Origin: Lingula anatina | Lineage: Eukaryota > Animalia > Brachiopoda | Length of the DNA: 64,000 bases | NCBI GenBank assembly: GCA_051362555.1 | Contig: CM120640.1 | Span: 36,599,967-36,663,966, forward strand | Direction: 5' to 3' | Shown: positions 14,901 to 24,700 of the stretch, piece by piece | How the letters are laid out: each line of letters starts with the position of its first letter | Position numbering within the stretch: the stretch's first letter is position 1 | Notes under the pieces: model-generated | The model's input: only the letters and a program-made list of their open reading frames with translations | The model's database searches: none | Told to the model about the DNA's origin: nothing | Translations under genes and position numbers: made by a program

Positions 14901-15426
14901 ATTTAGGGGTTGAACATCAAGTGGGACAACTTTTGACTCACTTTTAAAAGTGGTGTCAAAAAAAAAAAAAAAAAAAAAATCAAAGACATACCGTAGTGTA
15001 AGCAAGGAGTTATAACTGTTGTAACTCCTTGGTGTAAGTAAAACTTAAATATTTTTAATGTAAATGATTTTAAATTTAAACGGTTTATTCATACTAAGTG
15101 TATAGCTATCTGCGTGTAAAAGTTCAAGTCTCTAGCTTAATAATAAATAATACTTGTGGGCCCTACTTGCCTCAGCTTTCGGCCTCACTGTGAGCTTGTA
15201 AGGCCGAAAACTGAGGCAAGGGCCCTACTGGAGTAAGTTTGTGCGTTTGAGTGAGAGGATGGTTGACGTACTCAAGTAAGCGGTTTTTCAAACAAAAATG
15301 TACTTTTTCCTCTTCTGAATTAAGTGCTTTGAAGCCTGGCCACGTTCCATTGCACTTAGTTCGTTTCAAAGCCCAGTCCAATACCTTTAACCAGTCTGAA
15401 AAACCTGTAACTTGGTCCCAATCCAT
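2931..15426 (-). CDS. SMYD4: SET and MYND domain protein 4-like lysine methyltransferase, 17 coding exons, about 797 aa
   Basis: Exons in transcript order: 15272-15426, 13836-13986, 13101-13196, 12580-12703, 12267-12329, 11991-12057, 11248-11368, 7658-7782, 7241-7346, 6940-7000, 6606-6754, 5925-6358, 5561-5634, 5301-5419, 4625-4799, 4227-4340, 2931-3190. All introns are GT-AG with consistent phases. Motifs: TPR-like ELALGYANRSAVL, split SET (GRYLVA..AGDTLIVEKPY; AIYPTASLMNHSCDP; GEEIFNCYG), MYND (CHHC..CQQC..YCSEEC..H..EC), post-SET YFFECTCTAC. AATAAA on minus at 2854-2859. Confidence 0.93.
3987..4192. repeat. Degenerate tandem duplication, about 131-bp period
   Basis: CTGGTCCAGAACATT...GAAAATGAAAT..CC.TAGTA.TTCTC occurs at 3987 and 4118. 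Confidence 0.75.
8020..10236 (+). mobile_element. Decayed DNA transposon (possibly Zator-like) in SMYD4 intron 7, antisense to the host gene
   Basis: Broken protein-like frames at 8647-8931 (..LWFIDPSLETLRERAFHIP..) and 9080-9568 (Cys-rich CEDCVDC..YSC..VFVRANL..CG..YPVCNGC). The right end is ...AATTAATTTTTTTTGGCC at 10236. The left TIR was not found and the family assignment is from memory. Confidence 0.45.
10355..10950 (+). mobile_element. Second degenerate TE-derived coding relic
   Basis: Stop-interrupted protein-like frames on + inside the SMYD4 intron, with no splice-compatible link to any gene. Confidence 0.3.
13266..13529. mobile_element. PIF/Harbinger (Tourist)-like foldback MITE, copy 1
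   Basis: Imperfect TIRs GGCCGCATTCCCATAGACACCATC / GATGGTGTCTACAGGAATGAGGTC, internal inverted repeat CTTAACTGAATGACA / TGTCATTCAGTTAAG, TTA on both flanks. Confidence 0.8.
14206..14451. mobile_element. PIF/Harbinger-like MITE, copy 2
   Basis: Same TIR and internal motifs as 13266-13529 (CCCATTCC..CACCATCAG; CTTAACTGAATGACA; TGATGG..GGAAATGGGGCC). Confidence 0.75.
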
Positions 15427-15731
15427 TCTGCATTTACTCCTTTCACTAACTCACGTGTAAATAACTACAGTGTAGGTCACGCATAGTCTCAACCGCACGC
15501 TGTAAAATGTAAACACCAACACACCCGAACATAGAGTAAATATCGCGTGTAATATTTCGGGAGCTTAAGCAGACGATTTTACTATCTAACTGGTTTAACT
15601 GGTTTAACTCATAAAAACATAATTGCCAGGTTGGGACTTTCAAGAGTAGCACTTAACAACTCATGTGACTTGTCATGTGACTTTTTTACGTTCCAGCCAG
15701 CAGGTGCGAGGTTACTCTCGGATATCTGAAG
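15427..15731. promoter_or_regulatory. Bidirectional SMYD4/HEX promoter with tandem CLEAR/M-box-like motifs
   Basis: The divergent ATGs are separated by 305 bp in CpG-enriched sequence. TCATGTGAC at 15661-15669, GTCATGTGAC at 15672-15681, TCACGTG at 15451-15457. Confidence 0.75.
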
Positions 15732-18700
15732 ATGGCGGTAGTTGGGAAGCTAGAACTGTTGATCGTTTCTGCATTGCTATTACTGACAGCTTGCTACAGT
15801 AATGTTCAGCGTGGATACAAAACAACGCTAAAATCCGTGGCATCGTCCGAAGGGAAGCCGTGGCCTATTCCACAGCTTTACATTCCCACACCGACAACGT
15901 ACACGTTGAACAGTGATTCCTTTAAAATCAACCCCACAGGGAAAACTTGCGATACACTTGTGGCTGCTATGACTCGATATTACAACGTGATCTTCTACCC
16001 TGGCCGACAAGATGATGCGTTACGATTCAAGCCTATTAGTAAATCTAAACTGACTGTTGGCACAGAGCTGCCATATCTAAATGTTAATTTGGAAAACGAC
16101 TGTGAAATTTACCCATCTTTGGATATGGACGAGTGGTGTATGTATAAAAATTAGCGTTAGTTGTTGTTTTGTGTAAGAGGAAATTTTGGGATTTTTGTGG
16201 CCTGTCTTCAACTGATATCAGTTTAGTAGACCAGCACTGTAAAGCTTTGAAATTGAAATTCAGTATATATTTCCTAAAAGGCTACATACAGTGTTTTAGT
16301 ATAAGCAAAAGGAAAATTTTCCCTATTATGTAACGTGTGGATCAACAAACCAAAAGTTCAATACCATTACCAATAGACTTTTAGTATAAGCAAAAAGAAA
16401 AGTTTCCCTGTTATGTAACGTGCGGATCAACAAACCAAAATTTTAATACCAATAGACTTGCAAATTTTTAATATTATTATTATTATTTATTTATTATTTT
16501 TTTACAAGAAACTGGTAAAATATCCTCTAGCAACTCATGATAAGGGGAACAAAGAAGCAGATACAACATTTTCTCATATTTGAGCATATTTCCATTGGTG
16601 CATTTTACAGATCAGCTGTTTGTGAAGAGTGATGGTGCTATCCTCACTGCTCGCAGTATTTGGGGTGCTTTGAGGGGTCTAGAAACTTTTAGTCAGCTTG
16701 TGTACCAAACTCCTGATGGAACGGTAAGATGATAGTCTAATCATGCAGCTGAGAAATATAACACAAAAAAACATTTTATGTTATGTTTTTCTTCTTATGG
16801 GATATATATATATATATACTAGTACTTTTTAAATTAAAATTTTCACAAAGTATTAAAATGATTCAGTAAAAACACTTTGCAAATATATGCTGTAAATTTT
16901 AATTATACCTGAACTGTTTTACTTCAGTGGGATATTTTTGCATCATTTTAGTTCACTATCAATGATACCAAGATAGAAGATTACCCAAGATTTTCTCATC
17001 GTGGACTTCTTATTGATACTTCAAGGCATTTTGTTCCAAAAAAGATTCTTCTGCAAAATCTGGTAAGTGCAACCATCATCACATATAAGGCACAACATGT
17101 TCCCATAAGTTTTATGTAATTCTTTATACTGAATATAGTTTTCTCTTTATGCATTAAATATGTTAGGTTCTTCATTTAATGTATTCATTTATAACATTAA
17201 GTGCAAATGCATATTAAAAAAAGAAAAGAAAAAAGGCCCTCACATTAAGAACTTAGCTTATATCAGATTCAGTGCAAAACATTTTTGTCCAGCTTTATGA
17301 AGGGATGATAAACAGTCACATGATGGTGGGCGTCTTCAAAGGTCCAGGCACCCACAGCCCCATTTAGGCTATAAATGATTGTTGGCTTATCGGTAATTTT
17401 TCAAGAGCATATCATATTAACTGTATTTATCAGTTTTCACAGCTTAAACTGTAAAATGTTGAATGCCCACCAATTATGCCCTTATTTGTTATCTCATGCA
17501 GTTACATTGTACATATACCTGACCTTAAGCTGTAATTTTAAGCCCATGAACATTGGCAGTGGGTAGTAGTTTGCACATTCAACAATAAGGTTCAGCAGTT
17601 CTGTTTTCTTGCACTAGTTTTAATGAAACATATATTGTGTACACAGTGTATGTTTCATTCTTCTTTTTTTTTCATAAAATTCACAACTTACATAAATGAG
17701 CTCTTATTATTATTATAAAATTTCTGTATTTTTTGTTAAACATTTATATAATTTCGTTGGAAATGCCTGGATCCATATATCTTGAAAGGGATAGCATAGG
17801 CATGAAAAAATATAATTAATGTCAAAACACAAAAACATCCAATTGATCTCCGTCTCTTAGACCCAGTTTTCTTCCCTTATCATAGGTTGTGCATTAGTTG
17901 CATTTCCACTCTGTGATTCTGTCATTGTAAAAGAATGCAGTGTGCCTTTACACTCATACAGGTTATCTTAACTCTGTTTTACAGTTTCTTTGAATAATTT
18001 TAAAGTGTGTGCACTACAATTACAAATCATGTCAGGTGTTTGGAAGCTCTGTGTTTATTATGTGGGCAACATTGTCAAAACTTTGTGAGACATGTTAGCA
18101 TTTTGTTTTCTTATCAGATTAAAAAATGATCAAATATGATTTGGTTTGGTGATGAAATGGAAATTTAGATATGAAATGGATATTTGCTCAATTTTTCCAT
18201 GTATCTGTTGATAAAAATTTAATTTCATGTATTTTATTAGCATCAGTCATCAGGGCTTTACTATCACATTGAAAAGCATGTGAATCATGTGTTATGTTTG
18301 ACAACTGGATAAGAATTTTAATTCTTTTTAATTTTGTACGATAAATATTGATATATGATAAGATAATGGATATTAATACAAATATACAATGGTGAAAACA
18401 TTTGGCAAACACTTCCTCTTTAAGCTTTGAGCTGTTGTGAAGTATTGTATTAATCATTGCATAACATGATAAATATTTTATGTGAGTAAAATTAAATCTG
18501 AGAACTGAATAAATTAGGGCAAACTTTGTAAACTCCTAAAACAGCAAAATGATCAGAACGGGATATAACCATAGGCCTACAGCATGTGGAGAAGCTGCTG
18601 AATATAAGATGGACCTTATAATGACCAAGTTTTATATCTAAACACAATTATCATTTTAATTTTTCATAGGGCATGATATACATTTTATGAAATAAAGGAA

Positions 18701-21700
18701 ATACCCTTGTATAAGAAGTAATTGTTTTAAATCATCTTTGCCAGTTTTTTCTTTCTCTCTAATATTTTCTAGGATGCCATGGCCTACAACAAATACAATG
18801 TGTTTCACTGGCACATTGTCGATGACCAGTCCTTTCCATATCAAAGCAGACACTTTCCAGAACTAAGTAATTTGGTGAGTAGGATATGTTTTATCTTTTA
18901 TTAGTTTTATTGTGTTGATTTTTATGCATTTTGTGTTTGTTACCTGTTTCAAGGGCATGTAGTGCCTGGGGATGTGTTTTGCAGACAGCATAATAAGGTT
19001 GAACTATAAGGTATAACTATAAACACCAGACAGCTACATTATATTTTACTGTCACCATCTGGAATACTTGCTTGGCTTTAAGGTCACAATTTGTATTCAT
19101 GATATCAGTCATTCATTGTGTAAAAATGAATTCAGAAGTAAGTCTTCTAAGAAAACTTCCTGGTCCCAAGTTGCAGTACTGATACTTATTGTTGTGATAA
19201 AATAAGTGTTGAAAGGATGTTGATAGCTCTTTGGGTAAGGGAGGCCTCTTTGAATGCAATATTTATTTTCATCCCCAAAAACTCTGCTTTCAGCTCAAAT
19301 AAGCAAATTAGCCCTGATATATTTTTGATGTGTTGCCATTGTTTCATAATATGACAATGTTAACGTTCATATTATTTAAATTGATAAAGAAAAAAAATCT
19401 CATGTATTGGTCCCTTTTAGTGGTCTAAATCCAAGACCGCTTTAACTTAGTTGACTAAAGCTGTCTCTTTGAGTTTAGCAGATTTAGCAAAGCCAACTGA
19501 CCTAAGTTTTGCATGAACTGGGACCATGACATAAGTTCATGTTTGGTGACTATTACAGGGAGCATATGACCCACACACCCATGTGTACAGCCAGCAGGAC
19601 GTGGCTGAGATAATTGAGTATGCCAGGCAGAGAGGAATCAGAGTGATACCTGAGTTTGACACACCTGGTAAGTGATTATAGATGACCAGCTTCACCTCTA
19701 CAACCCACTCCACCCCACTTCACCCCACCTCACCCCACCCATATCCCCCCTCTTCATCACTAACACTATTGCCACCAAAACAAGAAATAATCCTATGGAA
19801 TTTTTTGCTCAGACTTACAAAAAACATTAGTTTGCTATTTTGATTGACATTTTTTTTAAACTCAAAAATTTAAACTCAAAGGGAAAGTCGTTTTTCAGGA
19901 CACAGTGAGTCTTGGGGCCCGGCCATTCCAGGTCTGTTGACCCCATGTTACAAGAGTGGGCAGCCTGATGGCTCCTATGGTCCCATTGATCCCACAAAGA
20001 ACAGTACTTACGATTTCCTGAAAGTGATTGTCATGGAATGGACTAAGGTGTTCCCAGACAAATATGTCCACCTAGGAGGTGATGAGGTGTCATTTGACTG
20101 CTGGTCAGTATGGCAGGTCACAGGTTAAGAAAGAAAATTTAAAATGATAAATTGTAACTATCAAAATCATTGATTTTACCTTAAACTATTTAAACCACAT
20201 CTGGTTTATACTTGGACCTATTTCTAATAACCTGAAGATTTGAAGAATTCAAAATGTACATATTTAATCAAAAAAAGCCAATTTGAAATTATGTTCACAG
20301 GAAAAGTAACCCAGCTGTTACCCAGTTTATGCAGAAGATGGGATATGGAACAGACTACTCAAAATTGGAGCAATACTATATGCAAAAGTGAGTTAACCAG
20401 GCACAAGATGAGTATAGACTGAAGGGAAAATTCTGCTTATTCTTCTTATATTTATTTCACTGCAGAAGCATAAAAACACTTGTCAGCAGTACTCAAAAGT
20501 TATAAAGATTACTTTATATAAGTACATTTGTAATACATCATACCATGCAAACCATGTAAGAAATTCAATTTTTGCAAGATGGCTCAAAGGTATACATATA
20601 TTACAACAATTTAAAATTATACAAAAAAAAATTCTCTAAAAGTAGGTATAAGTAAGACACCATTTTGTCTTCTCTGACTGATAATTTGGATGAAATGATG
20701 TCCCTAGTTTATTAAAAAAGCAAAACGATAATAGATGATTGTGGTAGACACTTACATGGCTTTTCTTACATTTCCAGTATCTTGAACATTGTGTCCTCGG
20801 ACCAGGATAATTTGGATGAAATGATGTCCCTAGTTTATTAAATAAGCAAAACGATAATAGATGATTGTGATAGACACTTACATGGCTTTTCTTACATTTC
20901 CAGTATCTTGAACATTGTGTCCTCGGACCAGGATGGGTATGTGATATGGCAGGAAGTAGTGGACAATGGAGTCAAGGTAGGATATATAGGATGTGTAGGA
21001 TATATAGGATATGTAGGATATTTCACATCTGCCATCAGTCTACACATGCCACCAGTTAAAGTTTTTATCTTACATGCTATGATGTCTTTGTATGGAAAAA
21101 GTAAACTATCTTTAAAATATTTTGGCAAAATGAAATATTTGATTTGAAAGTGATGTAACTTTCATATTATTCTGTTTAATAAATGACAAAAATCTTTTAA
21201 AGATTAAATGTGGTGGCAGTTAAGTTAATTTTACTAGTAAAACACAGAGGCAGAGCAGACAGGTAAAACCATATGTGGAATCTATCTATATATTTGTTTG
21301 ATTTAATTTAAGATTAGATTTATTTTTTAGAAAAAAAAATTAATCTAAATCAGACATCAATCAGGTCTCATCAGTAAAATGTTTTTAGCAGTTGTGATCA
21401 GATGTGAAGTCAAATGTTACCACAGTGGAAGGAAAAACATATATTTCAATCATTTATCCAAATATGTAGTCGCATCCTTTTTAAAGGATAATAAAAAATT
21501 AAATAATTTTAATTAGAAGGCCATCTGATTTCAGCCATGTGTAAGAAGTTTATCTGTAACATTGAAGTGCATTAGCCCACCCTCCTTCCTCTCAAAAATT
21601 AAATGACCATCTTCTTGACATTTTAATTTTTCTTGTCTTTTTTTTCCTTTGGCAGACATATATCCTATGAAAGCCCTTTTGCTTAATTAGTATGTTAAAC

Positions 21701-24700
21701 TTTACAAAATTACTATCTTCATTAAATATTGTGGTAATTGATGGATGCTTTTGATGTATGAATTGGTATTTGGTTAAAATTTTTTGTCATTAAATTAATT
21801 GTATTTTTTAGTCACTGGATGTAATCAGCATTATAATAGTTAATCTTGATATTTAACTGAACAGTCATCAGAAATTCAAATTTTGTTAGAATATTGAATT
21901 TTGGTTTTGACCATAGAAAAAAATGAATGCAATGATTAGTACAATTTGACCAAGCTTCTTGTGTTTGGTGAATGAGATGAGAGACAGGAAGATACAAAAA
22001 AATTAGTCTTCCTGAATAAATATATATGAAGTATTTATTTAGTAGCTTGATTTAATAACAGGATATAGTGTACTGGTAGATACATGTTGTGATAATCTTT
22101 CAACTGTATTTGCCAAACAAAAAACAGAAATGAATGAAATTTCAGCTGAAAAAGTGCTCTTAATAACTTAAAGAGCTTAGTGTGATAAATGTATGTGTGT
22201 GCTTAGGTACGTCCTGATACAGTGGTGGAGGTATGGAAAGGGGGCTTCCAGGCTGAAATGAGTAAAGTGACTCAGATGGGACTTAGGACTATCTTGTCCT
22301 CACCCTGGTACCTTAACTATATATCCTATGGTCCTGACTGGCCCAAGTACTATATAAATGATCCGCACAATTTTAATGGTAAGTTAAACAGAGATTTGGA
22401 TGGCAGGACTCTGGTGGCTGGCTTTCTGTCGGTGTTCTTTTAAAAAAGAAGTGATATTTTCACATGGTTGCTGAAAGTACTAAAAACCTTTTTTTTTTAC
22501 TCCATACACCTTCTTCTTTTTTTCAAAGGCAGGCAGCAGGTAATGGTTTAAGGTGTTAGATCAATAAATAAAAATGAAATCTACGTGAAGATCAAGAAAA
22601 AAAAATTATTTGCCAATATTTATAGTGGGTAGTTAACCTTTGGGTAAAGGTAGAGGTGGGTCATGGTCAGGGCCTGAATGCTGTTATTTACCATATAGTC
22701 AGCAAAGATAACCATCCTTAATATTGTCTTCTTGTAGTGATATGTGTGCATTTGAAACACTTGAGCATTTTTGGGCAACATGAAAATCTTGATGCTATGG
22801 AAGTTGCGTCATTAATATATTTCATTGAAGGATGTTTCTGGTTAACGTGGTGTTGAATTTGTGGTAAAGGTCATCAAAAAATCAGTGGATTAGCTTCTTT
22901 GGTGTTGTTTAAGGCAAAGGGCTGTTGGTTCTGCTGGGGTCTTTGTTAAGTTAGAGGAGTGATTGACCAGTATCTTAGGTAGAGGACATAAAAAACTTCA
23001 AAAACCATTTGCAAAATGTGTGTTTTAGAGGATAGCGGGCAGTTAGGAAAAGGAAAAAAAGTGTGTCAGATTGTAATTGAATATTACCAATGACAAAATC
23101 ATAATTTTTAGATTTTACATATAAAGAATTATTGAATATCATCTTTCTTTATAGCAGTGATAAATGGAAATGTGAGGTTTTCTTCGGTTAATGTTTTCAA
23201 AATCGGTGATATTCAATGAATGAAAATATGAAGCATCTCACCATGTAATGTTTGTGCCAGTTTCTTTCAAAATTTAAGTCCCATTTTAATACACTTTCAC
23301 CATTTCAAATATTTTTACATATCATATTATCCATTACTGTATCAATAACAACAAAACAGGAGTAAAATTTCAGTCTTAAGTGAGCTGGGTATGGTAAATG
23401 TATACATGTGTGCTTAGGTACGTCCTGATACAGTGGTGGAGGTTTGGAAAGGTGGTTACCCTGCCGAAATGAGCAAAGTGACTCAAATAGGACTAAGGAC
23501 TATCTTGGCCTCTCCTTGGTATCTTGATTACATATCCTATGGAACTGACTGGCCCAAGTACTATAGGCCAGACCCCCACAATTTTAATGGTAAGTTAAGA
23601 TATGGCGCAGCAATACTCTCATGGGAAGGTTTCTGTAGGAATTGACTGAAAATTAAAAAAAAAAAAAATTCACTCTTAGTGTGCCTCTCTCCCTTCTCTG
23701 AAGACTTGCAAGACTGTGGTTTAAGTTTTAATTGTTTGAATTATTTTTCAGATTATTATCTATAGTTTGGATTTTTCTTATCTGGAACAGTTTGGATTTT
23801 TTTGTTTGGTTTTAAACATCTACTAACAATGATACTTATACTCTGTGTTGGGGACTAATACATGTAATATACCAGTGTGCACTTTTACCAAAGCCATTTG
23901 CCAGACGCTTACAAAGAGGAAGCAAACTAATATATACCCCATATATGCATAGAATTTAAAACATCAGGGAAGGAGAATGGAAATTGTCACATATTGCTGT
24001 TAAAAGTCCCTTTTTCAAATATTTTGCATTGTCATAAACTTTGAGTTTGAGTTCTCAAAGAAAAAATATGAAAGCAATATTCCAGTTCATAGATAATAAA
24101 ATGCTTATCAGAAAGGTTTTTGCACACTTAACAAAACTGAAAAGAATGCATCTAGTTCACAAGTAGGCTTTTTTTTTAGCAAACTGTTCATGCTGCGATT
24201 CTCACAAGTTGACCTGCTTTTTATGTGTTATTTAGCTTATCACAATGCTTTTTTCTTCACATCTTCAACCCCATACCCCATTTTACCTAGCATTTTTTTA
24301 AAGAAGAGTGGATTCCCATTTCTCCTCCTAGTCTTACAGAGAAGACAGCATGCAAAATGAAGGTTGTTTTACCATTGTTATTATCACCATTATCAGGCCC
24401 GTAGCCAGGGGGGTTTGGGGGGTTTGAAAAAACCGCCCCTTTTGCTGGAAAAAGGTCCACTCTGGGTAAAGTTTGATCTAGGTACATGAAGTTTTTATGG
24501 GAAAAGGTCCACTTTTTCAAAAAAAAGAACCCCCCTTTTGAAATTTCTGGCTACGGGCCTGACTATCATTATTCTGGGCCTGTTTAGGTGAACCCTGATA
24601 CTGTAGTAGAGGTATGGAAGGACAGGCACAATCCAGCCACCTACAAGGCAGAGTTGAGCAAAGTTACTGGACTGAATTTAAGGGCCCTTCTCTCTGCCTG

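Noticed and set aside
19161-19527. Possible MITE bounded by GGTCCCA..TGGGACC
   Set aside because: The inverted match is short and degenerate, with no TSD or second copy seen.
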